Below, piece after piece: positions 1-22,020 of a stretch of DNA of 64,000 nucleotides. Origin of the DNA: Chrysomallon squamiferum (Eukaryota; Animalia; Mollusca); NCBI GenBank assembly GCA_012295275.1, contig CM022673.1:19220001-19284000 (forward strand), read 5' to 3'. A program made the position numbers and the translations under genes. How positions within the stretch are numbered: the first letter of the stretch is position 1; each line of letters begins with the position of its first letter. A model generated the notes under the pieces. It ran no database searches. It worked only from the letters and a program-made list of their open reading frames with translations, and was not told where the DNA came from.

Positions 1-97
1 GTTACACCTCTCTATTTAGGTGTAGGTAACATCTTGGTGTTTAATTCTGAATTGAGACCACTTCAAGGTTACTAGGTCATACGGTCAAAAGGAAATA

Positions 98-867
98 CTG
101 TATATACTTGTGTATAAGTCGAATTTTTGGGAGACTATATTAAGGTAATATTTTGGGGGTCGACTTATACATAGGTAATGTTTTTGTAGCTGCTGCTGAA
201 GAGTCACCATTTTGACTATTTTTTGCTACGGGATGCATCTAAAATAATCGCGGTCTTTCAGCTTTTCAAAAATAAAATTTTATCGTATAAAAAAATTATA
301 AAATTAAATAACAAAACCAAATATGAATGTAAAACATGATATTCTTCCATTTAATGACATAAAAACACATTTTAAGGTGAGAAAACCTTCAGTACGGCGT
401 TATGCCTTACGGCGTCTTGCAATGATCTAGGAATGCACACTTCTCTGCCAAATTGCACTAAATATCAGTCCTAATTTCATAAACAAAACTCACTTGTGTA
501 ATTGTAAAGAATTTGGTGAAATAATATTGCAATCGTCATTAATATCCACTACCGACAAATCGAAAACAAACTAAATTTCTATAAACGTTCTGCAACAAAA
601 ATCAGTTCAACTTCTCGCCATATTTGTTATTCTAGTTGGTTGCTGAGGTTCCGAAATTATCTTACTTTGAATTGCACGTGCAAGTTATGTTACAGTAGGC
701 ATACAATGTAGGCCTTCATGGCACTGTCACACTGGTCTAAAAATAGTGACGGTGCCTGGAATCTACAGTCGACTTATACACAAGTAATACCTAAAATGAT
801 GCAATTTTTGGTCTTAAAATACATGTCAACTTATACATAAGGTCGCCTCTTACACAAGTATATACGG
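98..867. mobile_element. Non-autonomous Tc1/mariner-superfamily DNA transposon (Tc2/pogo-like TIRs), ~770 bp, in a white intron
   Basis: Left end CTGTATATACTTGTGTATAAG, right end CTTACACAAGTATATACGG (imperfect inverted repeats), TA on both flanks (96-97, 868-869); internal repeats of GTCGACTTATAC at ~159, ~768, ~826. No transposase ORF. Confidence 0.8.
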
Positions 868-1548
868 TAATGACTGATTTGGCAATATCCAATAACAACA
901 GTTTCAGTCATAACTGATTCAGTGTTTACTGAAATAATAGGGCCTAAAAAGTATCAGTTGACCCATTTTTGGCGAATATTTGAAGGCCACTACCTTCAAA
1001 CCTATTTGTCTGATAGAGCAAATTCATATTTTTATACAAACAGAATCTCTCAAGTCACACTTACTGTTTAGGTAGGTAAGATGTAAAACTTAATTTTTAA
1101 AAACAAAAAACAAAACCCAATTATGCAAAACTTGACTGCATGATGATAAAACACATTTTACTAATTATGTGAATATTTAATTTTAAAGTAGCCAATGTTC
1201 TAGTAATAAATAGCTTCATGTTGCTTCCTTTTATTCATCTGAACAATTATTGTGACTGACTGTCATGAATAGTGTCTTGTTTATAAACTAAATAAATGTT
1301 AATAAAAATTAAAAAAAAAAAAATTATATGTACTCTTTTTTAAGAATAAAAATTAACTACATTCAGAATATCCAAAATAATTATCATGTTATTTTGGATA
1401 TTGTAAATAAAAATCAGTATTTCCAGTAATGCAAAAAGGCACCAGTTAAATCAGTATCACTGTCAATGATTAAAGGGTAAAATATTGAAACTCAATTTCT
1501 GCAGTGGGAAATCTAATTAAATGGAAATGTATAATTATAAAATGTTAC

Positions 1549-4076
1549 CTCAACTGTCTCTTTGCAGTGATCTTCTCTACCTGGTACTATGGCTAGTGTC
1601 AGTATATAAAAATCTGCAGGGTTGAAATTCACTGGACAAGGGTAATTTAATCTAAACAGAAAAAGCAAAAAATAACATTTCCGTCACAACTGGATTTATT
1701 TTCCACAAAAAGTTTTAAATATTTCCACAAAAAGGAATTAAGGTAATGTGAGGCCTGAATGTCTATAGTTAAATTACAAAAGTCATAACTCCAGTGTATT
1801 ATAATAAAGATATTAATAACTTCAGTGTATTATAATAAATTCATAGCAGTTAATACAAAAATGTTTTAAAAATATTACATACGCACTAAAAAATAAAAAT
1901 GCATTCTCTGCAGTTCCCATAAATGCTGTACGTCCTTCAGCTAAGAGTAAAATACTGCAAACAGAAAAAAAGTAAGATGTCAGTTTTCACATCTAAACAA
2001 ATCATTACATTCTTCTAATGTTTATATCAGGGATATCAATACTTTAATCTGTATTATATTATTTTCTTCTTTATCAAAAAAAAACCCAACAAAAAACCGA
2101 ACATTCTTTGTTATTAGCATTAGTTGTGTAAAATGCTGCAGTACGTAATAAACTTTCAAAAATGCTTAATATGGTGGAAACCTACTGGTCAAACAGAGCA
2201 AAGACCTCAGAAGATGGCTGATGAATTGTGCACAGTATTGTTCGTCCCTTCTTAGCCATTTCCTTTAAAGTCTGTATAATATTTTGAGCCATAAATGAAT
2301 CTAAACCTGAAGTTGGTTCATCACAGAACATCAGTGGTGGGTTGGTCAACATCTGAAAACAAATATCTATATATTAACAGGAGGAGGGGGTCACCATTAA
2401 TAACATCAAATTACAAATACAGAATCAAAGTATCTTATTAATATACAAAAAAAAAAACATTACCTCACAGGCAAAAGATAACCTTTTCATTTCACCTCCA
2501 GATATTCCTTTCTTTCCACCTGAACTCCCAATTCTTGTATTTATACACTTTGTCAAACCCATCTGAAATAATCCAATCAGAAAAATCTAACGGAAAAACT
2601 ACTACAAATTTCTATTTGCCTTGGCAAAACAACTGATATGTATCGAACAGTATCAACTGATATAACATAAGGAAATATAACTTCTATTAAATATATCAAT
2701 ATTTTTATATATCTGTACAGTGTATCTATAATTTGTGTGTGTGTGTTTCAGTTTCACTGTTTATTTAATCTTTGAAATTTACCTCATTGATAACTTCTTC
2801 AACTCTTCTTAGCCTGGCTTCTTTATTCAAACTTCTGTCCATTCTAAGTATTGCCTATGGTTGAAAATTACTTTTACATAAAACTAATTGGATTTAAATG
2901 CAAAGCATTTTAAAATTTCACATTCTTAAATCTAGCCTCAGAAATATTGTTACGAAATTAGATCACTTACAATATAAATATTGTAATAGCCTGAAATACC
3001 ACTATACGTAGATGGATATTACCTGGAATTTTAAATGTCTCTGACCTTAGTCCTATGTAATTCGAGGTGGGCAGATAGATAACATTGTAACTAAATGAAT
3101 TTTTTGTAATGACATGTAATTATGTATTATGTAATAGTTTTTACAATGTCATAGCTATGAATATGGATTGACAAACTTATTTCTGACAAAGGATATGAAA
3201 GAAAAAAGAGTAAAGCCTATCAATTGGATACCATTCTGTGACATCAAGCCAAGCACAGTCCTTGTAATATCTAAATTTCATAATTATTAAAACAAAAATT
3301 CATAAATTTAGTCTATTTTACAATACATTTTCTTATATATAACTTTAATTTTTTAAAATGGCAGAGGTAATGATAATCTAATAAGAAATTACTTTGCTAT
3401 GCTTTTAAAAATTAAAGTTATAATCATTGATTGATGAGGGGTAAAATATACGTAAACAGCATCAGAACTTAAATGAATTTCCCAGCACCATGCCTGTATA
3501 GAAATAAATACTGAAAAAGTGGACTAACAAATAATCAACAAATGTTTATTTTAAGTGCTTATCATTAAGTTGATTAATACAATGATACTGTAAGCAGCGA
3601 TTTCCTCTAAACTTACTCTGAAACAAAGAGTTTCTTTAACTGTCATGTTTTCAAGAAACAATTCATTCTGCTGCACATAAGCTGAAATATTTCTGATGCC
3701 TTTTCCAACAGTTATACCATTCACATTGATGTCACCATCTACCATATACTGGGAAGTGTTCCGTCCTGTCAGTATGTTCATAAGAGTAGATTTACCTGCA
3801 CCACTAAAATAAGAATTAAAAAAAAAAAAAAATTGTGTACAGCAAAATTATGGGATTTATGTATATTTCTACAACAGCATATGTTTTTAAAAATAAATAC
3901 ATAAATAGAAAGGAGAAGTTTTTTATTTCATCAGTTGATAACAAGAAACTGATTAACAGGTAAAATGGTTTGTTTAATGTTTAGTTACCTGGCTCCTAGA
4001 ACGGCAAGAAGTGTTCCTGGTTTCACAAGTCCACTTACTTAAAAGAATGAAGCAATAGTTATAATAATAGTAGTAG

Positions 4077-4122
<46 letters not shown>

Positions 4123-4654
4123 CGAAAAAGAAAAGAATACAATAAAATACATTAATGGGGGGAGGGGGAACCAAATGACATTTCAAAATTTAGTCTGCTT
4201 TCTGATAATACGCTCAAATAATTTAATAGTTTTCAACACTGATTTATGTTCTACTGACCATCGATTTCATGGACTAACAGGCAGATACACAATTAGCATC
4301 CAGCTTAAACAGAGTCGTGTCGCTCGCGTCGCATGCGCCCGCTTGGGCGCGAGCGACACGACTGTTTACATCCTAAACAGACGCGACCGTGGCGACTGAA
4401 TCCTTTTTGAAACTTTGATCCACCACTGAAGACAAATTAAACCTATCAGGGTATCTTTTAAAATGTTCTATCATCTTAATGCAAAGCTACGTTCCCCCAC
4501 CCCAGGTAGGACTGGATTTCACGTGAACAAAGATTTTACAGCAATGTAATGATTTTTTTTGGAGTTATTTCTGGCTTCAGAAAGTTTCCGTGGTCTTCTG
4601 TCATGTTTTCTGAAAACCATGGTTAGGTTTCGTCTTCCCTGCACCCTGTCATTC

Positions 4655-4701
<47 letters not shown>

Positions 4702-5049
4702 TAATTTTTGTATTTGGATAACTATCACTACAAGTTTTATAAAACTGTTACCATTTTGAAGAATTTGTTTATACTGTGAGCCAGATTCATTCTTTCCACA
4801 ACATCTGTTTTTATTAATCCTAACGTATACATTACAATTCTTCCATGTCAGGTAAATTGGCTCAATGGTTTCTGTCACGCTAAGTAACAACGTTGACGTT
4901 GATTTTCTGCGTTCTGTGGATCTTCCTAATGTGTCATCGCTCAATGGATCGGTACTGCCCTCTGATAAAAAAGTATCACCGATGGACAAGTATGTTTTGC
5001 TCTGTTGACCACGGTTTCTACCAAGTAGCAGTTCGTTTTGTTCATCCAT
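1549..5049 (-). CDS. white: ABCG half-transporter, protein white-like (5' part: nucleotide-binding domain; gene continues beyond window start)
   Basis: In-frame GT-AG exons 5049-4752, 4037-3989, 3803-3617, 2854-2783, 2562-2464, 2352-2186, 1954-1883, 1651-1549. Walker A GASGAGKST, Q-loop SAYVQQ, signature [14 protein letters not shown], Walker [17 protein letters not shown]-loop [11 protein letters not shown], and [11 protein letters not shown], all typical of white/scarlet-type ABCG. Confidence 0.92.
3023..3493 (-). pseudogene. Decayed duplicate of white exon 3 (Walker A exon) inside the following intron
   Basis: Minus strand: acceptor TATACAG then ...GGT GCT GGG AAA (GAGK) followed by a stop; internal GAATGGTAT and TCAGAAATA matching the live exon; ends CAT TTA AAA TTC CAG|GTAAT (HLKFQ, phase-0 donor like the live exon). 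Confidence 0.5.
4313..4363. repeat. GC-rich perfect 16-bp inverted repeat (hairpin)
   Basis: AGTCGTGTCGCTCGCG (4313-4328) and CGCGAGCGACACGACT (4348-4363). Confidence 0.85.
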
Positions 5050-7704
5050 TATCTATAAATATAACCTGAATTTAATGGACATTCGTAATAATAAAGATTC
5101 ATAATAATAATAATGAATGTAGATATGCATAAATGTAACACAACAAAACACCTATATAATAAATATACAATCATTTTGAAAAGTTTAAAATCTGGGACTT
5201 TAAATCTGATCGATGATAATATACTATTCTTATATGACCCTTGAAAAGATAAATACTAGCATGACTTGGCAGTTTTATTCTTTTTATTCATGATTTGGTA
5301 CAAATGTGAAGAACATAAAAATCCTACTATCATATTACTTCTCATAAAATATAACGAATACAAAATAAACAAACAAAATAACAAAAAAAAAAAAAAAAAA
5401 AAACCTAGTAGCAAATGGTATTAAGGAATATTTAAATTTCAGAACATAATTATAATTTTACTATTACAATAATATATAATCTTAGTCAAAACAAAAGGTA
5501 TGGATATTTCTGGTATAAAGTAGAAGTAAACTTAACTGATGTAATAATACTGCACTTTCAATCGTGTTTTATTTGGTCCGCCTTAGTTTAATGTTAGTAA
5601 GGCAACAAAACATCGTCACTGAAAATATATCTGGGTGCTATCATTATTTTTTTGCCTGCAGTCGTGACTTCAATACTATAACGTCTGATTTACTATAACG
5701 TTTATTCGAGTTGTCAGAAAAATATTGTATATTCCTTAAAATGTATATAATCAAAAAATATTTTCAGTGCATTTAAATCATATTTTCTTAAATGTATTCG
5801 CAGTCAGTACATGAATACAGCAAGTCTGTTATTTTGGAGGAGATTAAAAAGCTTATGCAAATTAGGTAAAATCCACAAAATTCTTACTTCAATACCTAGA
5901 AAATATAGCTATATTAAGCAATATGTTTCCGATTCCCACTAGATCCTCATGGCAAAACAGTATGAATCAACTATCCAACAAGCTTTATTGTGAATTTAAA
6001 ATATTCTACTTTGTTAATATTATGTGCTATTTCTAAAGCTTTACCGAAAATCCGAGTGTTGTATTTTCTGGAGAACCCCCACCCACGATACTCAACAAAA
6101 TTTCTGTATGTATAACTAAAATATGCATTTAAAACCCATTTTCACAAAACCGCATTTAGCAGCGTCCTCCTTTACTGAATAACAAAAAATATGCTGAGAT
6201 TTAGATCCCTTTATTTTGATCGTTCTATAAACTTGGAAATATTAACGAAATAAAGGGTTGAAAAAAATATTAAAAATAAAAAATAAACACAAATAAGACG
6301 AGATGAAATCACTGATATCAGGGAATGAAAAAGAAATGCTTGATGGCCATAGATCGGAACGGCTGATGGCTTTATCGGATAATAGTACTATGCGTTTGCA
6401 TTAGGCTGTCTCCCAAAGCATTGGCTGAGGGCTTAAGGCGGATAGCTGAGGCAGTAAAACGAATTGGTCCTCTACCAGTTTGGGAAGCGGTAAACAGCAA
6501 AGACAGTATAAAGAGGTTTTAATGTACGACTGCTAATTAATAATGTAATGGCGATGTAAATAAATAATGACTATTACTGATATATTTATACTTCTTATGT
6601 GATTAAAAGCAAAACAAAAATTACCTTTCAGATCTGTTTATAATCACACAACAATCTGAATCTCCAGCTTGCAACCAAATGAAGTTCTGGGTGCATAGTC
6701 CATGAATCACTTGATTAAGTAGGCTAGGTCACTCGAGCATATAGATATTATACCATACAGAATAGTCCTTTATTTTTTAGAAACCTTAACACATGACTTG
6801 TTACTTTTGTATTTTTCGTTTTTAGATTTTTATATCCTGTTAAAAAGTTATAAAAAAAAAAAAAAAAAAAAAAATACAAAATGGTCTTAAGAAACAAACG
6901 AAACAATAATAATAAAAAGTACGAAAAATGAACATTTTCAATTAATCTTTATTAAAAAACGTATTATTTTTTTTTAGGTAAATCAGTCTTAGCTAATAAC
7001 AAAATGTTATTTAATTCTGACATTTTTATTTACCTAAAATAATGTAAAAAAAGAGAACAATACTCATGTCAAACTGAGGGTAGGGAAATGCATAATTATT
7101 TACTCTCGTGTTCATGGTACTGGAAGGCATAGTTTTATAAGCGAGATGCTTGCATAACTGGGCTTAATTTGTATAAACTGGATTAAATATTTTCTTACTA
7201 ATAAACGATATAAGCATAATTTGTTTTCTTAAGTTTAGTTTGCCGAATAAATGAATATGTAACTGTTTTAAATAATTTGATTTCTTCTCTGTCTTTTTTG
7301 CTCATTTCTTTCTTCTTTCTTCATCTGCTTTTTTTTTTTTTTTTTTTAATGTAAGTTATTACTTGGTACTACTGAATTAAGTTAAATTGTTCGTTGACCA
7401 TCGGGAAAAAAAAAAAAAAAAAAAAGAAATAATAATAATAATAATAAATTATTTATAAAACACAAAAAAAAAAAAAAAAATGCAGTTTATTTTTGTAATG
7501 TCTACTCGGAGGAAAAACCCTAATACAATAGAAAACAACAGCAATACCACTACAACGATAAAGAATTGTTCATACAGATGGATAAATTTATAAATAACAG
7601 CAAAGAAATATTTTTGCTTTTTTTGAGTGTTTTACGTAGACGCGTCAATCGAACATCCCCAAAACCAACCTCGAACTTAGGAAGAGAAGTTAACTCTAAT
7701 CTCA

Positions 7705-10700
7705 ATGTCTAAAATGTCATTTGGAATTTCAATGTATTTTCGAATTTATCGACAACTGGCAAAACAATATATAATTAATAAGGTAAAAATGCTGCCGGTG
7801 GTGATCAAGGGGATACACATAAAGTAGAAATTAAAAGTCTAAAATATATAAGAATGTTAACCATTAATGTCGGATATAAAAAGAAGCCGGATAAAAATCA
7901 TAAAATGTATATTATTATATATATATATATTTTTTTAGAAGTGTTGTTTTACTTGCACACGTTACATGAGAATACTTGGTTTAATGATTTAGATCTAGGT
8001 TTGGTTAACAGTTTCCTTTTCATAAAATTAAAATAATGTAAAAATATTGTTTATTGGATTTTAATTTTTTTTTTTTTTTTTTTACAGAGTCATGTTTCTA
8101 AGTATGTTCCATCAAGTTGTTTGTACTGTTCACACAGGCATATATATACTCCAGAGAGCAAGAGTCCCCCAATTCCAGAATATTCTGAAAAAAGAGACGA
8201 AAGCAATGTTTTGAAAAAGGCCAGACTATTATATCAGAGCCGCAAGAGAGGAATGCTGGAGAATGGATTGCTGCTAAGGTGGGTTAAAAATATTGGTCAT
8301 AAAATCACAGTCACTAACTAAGACAGCAAAATGTTAATTTACTTTACAATTTCTTAAAAATCCTCTTTACATGGTTTTAAAATTTAATTTCAGAATTAAA
8401 ATATCCAAGATTATGTTCATGGACAAAAGTATATTTTTCTGAATTATTCTATTTGTAATGTATTTAGTAAAATCAATAAATCTCCCTGAAAAGGTGGAAT
8501 TTTTCTTGTCAGTTTATATCTAGACTGATATATGGGGCATCCATGAAAATGGTTAAATCATTTTATAAGTCGAAATAATTTGTTATTATATGTAAGAGCA
8601 TGTCATTGAAACTCTAGATGTCTTGTTAACCACAGTATAAAGTTTTGCAAGTGGATCTATGCATTCATGTACATAATTCAGAATCTATTATTATTATGCA
8701 ACCATTTGGAGTTGGTTTTAAGAACATTATGAGAAAAATCTGAAGATAGCAAATTTTCCCCTGTATGACAAGAAAATAAACTTTAATTTTATGATTCTGT
8801 TAGCTGTAATATTAAATAAAGATGAGTATATTTTTACTGTAATGGAAGTTAATATATATTTTAAATTTATATTTCATTGTATACATATATATATATAGGA
8901 GATGAGACTTGAGTACAGCATCCATTAACATGTCACAAATATTTATCTTTTGTTTAAGTCCAAAAAACCTTTTTATATTTTAGCAGAGGGAGTTAATATA
9001 ATCAGAATAGGGTTAATATTATAATACCAGCATTTAGAAAAGCTTTATTCAGATTTATTTTATTCACGCACAACATATAGAGCAAAACAATACACAAGAA
9101 AGTTTAACATGCAAATGATGTGCTTAGTTGTAGTATAAAATATTTATTTATTTATTTGTTTATTTATTTATTTATTTATTTATGTTTTCTGCGATAAAAC
9201 AGAATGTATATAATAATAAACATACAAATAAATACATCTGTTTACCAGTTTGATATTCTAATTCCAAACTAAGGAGTCAAAATTATGTGCCTGCATGAAA
9301 CAAACATTGCTAGGGTAGTAAACAAAACAACATAATGATTCTCTTTATCACAACTGACTGAACAACATCGTAACGACAAGTAAATGACTCTCAGTCATGA
9401 TGTTATCATTTGCTATAATTTATGGCATCATTATGATCTAACGACTGACATCTTTGGCATCATGGCCCCTGGATTGCAGGTAAGTATATGTGGTCTTCGT
9501 ATCTGCACGAATACTTATGTCTTTATCTACAGCTAAAGAGTGTTCATTCACTAGGCCTTACTGCTTCTCTACTGATTAATTATTATTTTATTTTTTTGGC
9601 AGTACATTTGCTTCTAAATATCTAAATACAATGACAGAGATGCAGTTGAAAGCATATGACAAACTGATAAATCAGCCCTCCAATGACTGGGAAATCTACT
9701 ACTGGATTACAGGTATTAAAATCTTTAGTTTTAAGTATTTCATGTATATTAGCTGTAGGGAAATAACATTTTTTGCCAGTCTAAAATCAGTTGTTGATCT
9801 TTGGAACTGAAACTTTTATGAAAGAATGTTTGCTGGTCCTACGTTTTAGTTCTAAGAATATATATCTTTCTATAACTGAAATAATTATTATTATTTTCAA
9901 CTTACTATCAAATGTTCTTACATTGAAAACACAGATCAAATGTGGAAAGCTTGTTCTTTATTATCATTCAAAACAGTACAAACTACTTTTGTTTATAAAC
10001 ATCCTAGATAAAAAAAAAATCAACCTTTTTATTTTTCAATGTTAAATAAGTAGGTTTCATGCACTGGGACAAATGATTGAATTGATACAAGTAACAGATA
10101 ATATATTTGTCAAATTAAGTTCATTATTATTTGTATGACATTTAAAATAAGTATGTATAATGGCAAAATGGAAATGGTTTTTAACAAAATTTAAACGGAG
10201 GGAAAAATATGGATATTGTTGTAACCAACATAATTTTGATGATGGACTAGGGCAATCACTAAAACACATATTTTTCTCTCTGGTTGAGAGTGAGAGAAAA
10301 AAGGAGTAATATTATTATTCATGTGTTAATATGGTAAATGTTTGTGAAATTCATTTGTATGATTGTTATTTATTTCTATTGTTACTGCAGTTAAATAAAT
10401 CAGGTTAAATTGCATAATAGAAAAGTAATAGGTTAGTTATAGTTCCCTTTTGGATGTTTTGGTTTTGCTGAGCCAATGTTTCAAATCATAATATTTTAAG
10501 CTTTTTGTTGTTTATGGTAGTACAAACTGACCCTGTTCAAAACAACAAAAACAAATACACAGAAAAAAACCCTCTATATATCCCACACATATGAATGACC
10601 AATTTTTAAATTATTTAAAAAAAAAATGATGTTTGTGATATTTATTACAGGGGCAAAACCTACACCAGATGAATACAAAAGTGATGTAATGGATATGCTA

Positions 10701-10763
10701 AAGAAACACGCACAAAATGAAAATCGTGAAACCAGGATAAAACAACCTGATCTTGAAAATTAG
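7705..10763 (+). CDS. SDHAF2: Succinate dehydrogenase assembly factor 2, mitochondrial (Sdh5), 163 aa
   Basis: Exons 7705-7782, 8088-8278, 9603-9712, 10651-10763 join in frame (492 nt). Motifs [44 protein letters not shown]-terminal RIKQPDL; basic N-terminus without acidic residues resembles a mitochondrial presequence. Confidence 0.93.
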
Positions 10764-12701
10764 ATATTACATCAGATATATTTTGGATAGCATATTCAGG
10801 TTTTTATGCTGTGAACAGTCAGAAACTGACTATTACTGATACTGCCCAACTTAAAAAAAAAACCCACCCAAAACACAACAGAAACAACTTTCCACAGAGA
10901 CATGTCGCCACTTACAAAGATTAAATAATGGCTTGTATTATTTATTTTTTAGTTTTATTTAACAAACAAATTTAACAGATTAGTTAAATTTTTTTATAAG
11001 CGTAATAGAAGTTACACAAAAGACAAACATTTCATATACTATACAATCTCTTGTTTATTTTTCTGACTTTACAATAACATAATTGGTTTGATACTGTATT
11101 TCTGCTAAAACAAAAAACAATCATCCACCTGCATAGCCATTGCTTGAGCCAACTGCAGAAATCGGCATACATCATTTATCTTAGACATTTTTACAATTTT
11201 CTCGTTATTTACTTAAAGAAAGAAAAAAAGAAACAAATAATTGATGCATAGTTTTGCCAATCAAATATTTAGTATCAAAACAACCAGTAGATTTACTTAA
11301 GTAAAAGAAACTCTCCATTTTAAATCCAAAATTCCCTCCACAAAATAAGTAATGTTGCATGTTATTGCATACAAATGGAAAATAAAAAAAGAAATATTGC
11401 TTGCTTCCATCAAATTATGCTGTGCAGCTTATCCATGATTTTCCCATGCATTGACAGATGCTTTTAATATTAGTTGAGATTTTGTTTGTACAATTGGCAA
11501 ATCCACTGGAAAAAGATAATAGGTGTGCCATTCCTTGTACTGATAACTTACCCCTAATAATTAACATTAAATAAATATGCCCAAAATACATTTTTTAAAA
11601 GTGTTAACATTATATGCAATTTTTTTCCTCTTAAGTAGGTTGAACTCATTGATGATGATGTTTATGGTTAAACAAAGCAATAAAATGAATTACTGAAAAT
11701 TTTGCTCAGAACTGTAGTGTTTGTAACATGCAGGTGTTCTCATCTTTGCCATACAAGCTAGAGTACATTTGTATTTCTTAGTTTAGTTGGTGAATGAATA
11801 ATTGTGTATCCATTTCAAATCTTGTAAATGTACAAGAATTGTGAAGGAGCCAGTGAAATATTTAGGACCTGAAATTAATGATTTTAGAGAAAAAGCAATT
11901 TGCACTTTTGTATAATTAAATGTATGTAACTTAATAAAGTTAGAGTTGATATTATTACCATACCATTTACAAATGCAGATGAGGAAAACAGAAAACAAAA
12001 CAACAAATTGGAAAAGTATTTATTACTTTTTAATGTGCAAAATACAAAATAATGTATGTACAAAAATCTGGAGATTTTAAAAATGAAAAAAAAATCATTG
12101 TTATCAAAATCCACACATTTAGTTACTGTTAACGTTTGGGAATAACTGACATTAACTGTTTGGTGTCAAATATATCAATAGTTTGTTAAAACATTGGAGG
12201 TTCATCACAATATAAATTAAAAATACAATCAACTTTTATTACAAGAAAAACAACAACATGTTAGTGAAGTGAGTTGTGAAATAGTAATAAAGAAAAAAAT
12301 AGATATGATTTAGAAATCAGATATTCTGGGTTAAATTATGTGATCAATCGATCTAATAAGAATTGTGTATTATTTTTATTTACGCCCCCCCCCCAAACAC
12401 CTACAAACAAATATAAAACTATAAATAAAATATTAAAAAATTATTGTTTGCCATTATATTTAAGGAAAGATCAACCTTCAGATATTTTTATTTTGTCCAT
12501 TTATTTATTGACCAATACCTAATAATAATAGATGACAAATATTTGTTATAATACAGTTGTGTGACAAATATTGTTGCTGAACACACATTTTGGAAAGTCA
12601 TAAAATGCAGTTTAAATGAGTAAATATTGGAAAGTAGTTTACAAGTATATTTAATATTCAGTACCGTAAGTCTGATACTTTACTTAATTTTGACATTTTA
12701 A

Positions 12702-21181
<8,480 letters not shown>

Positions 21182-21734
21182 TTTGCTTTCCTTTAAAAAT
21201 AAATTGTAGCTGACAGTTACACAAATAAACTGATACAATGCACGTTTACCGATTATTTATAAAAACGTAGCCCCAAACCAAGCATTACAATATATTTATT
21301 ATTACATATGCTAATTTCTATACCAAAGTGTAGTATTTGTTTCCCCAGCCGAAAAAAAAAAAAAAAAAAAAAGATGTCAAAATGCTAGTGATCAAGCTTT
21401 AATTAAATTTAACACTCAAAAGGATTTAGCCACCATAAAATGTTAGTTAAGATGCAGAACAGAAAAAGATGTGTCGACTTTTTTTTTTTTTTTTTTTTTT
21501 ACCATTTGTATCATATACACGGATAACGGTAATAGTATCCAGCGTAAATCTTTTTACTATACCTATTTAGGGCCAAACCATGCAAAAATCATGTGATAAT
21601 CAGTCAGAAATGTGACTTATCGGGTGAGCACGGGAACTAGATAAATCCTCCAACTTCATTATGATGTAGTTGATCGTATATTTGATACTGCTAAATTATC
21701 TTTACAACCGAACGCGTTATTAAATGAAACAACA

Positions 21735-22020
21735 TCTTTTTCAGAAATCAGTTCTATTAATTCTCCGCTAAAGATAGATCTGTGTCGTTTTTTCGCTAAT
21801 ATTTTCCAAACGTACGGTTCTGGCTAGTATATTCATTTAATAATAATTTTCATTTAGATCGATTATAGTTCACTGGTACCATAATGAGTACCATACAATC
21901 GTACATACACACACTACAAAAAGAATCATAAATCACCGACTCGGAAATCTTGTTTGAACTGACCTGAATCGTGATGTAATGATCAGTTGATTAACGTGAC
22001 AGCTTTCAGCGCGACGCACG
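21735..22020 (+). repeat. Dispersed unclassified repeat family, copy 1
   Basis: Shares AGATAGATCT..TCGTTTTTT, AGTACCAT, CCGACTCGGAAATCTT and AGCGCGACG blocks with 26820-27140; partial copies at ~41620-41690/42277-42335 and inverted at ~61865-61930. Confidence 0.7.
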
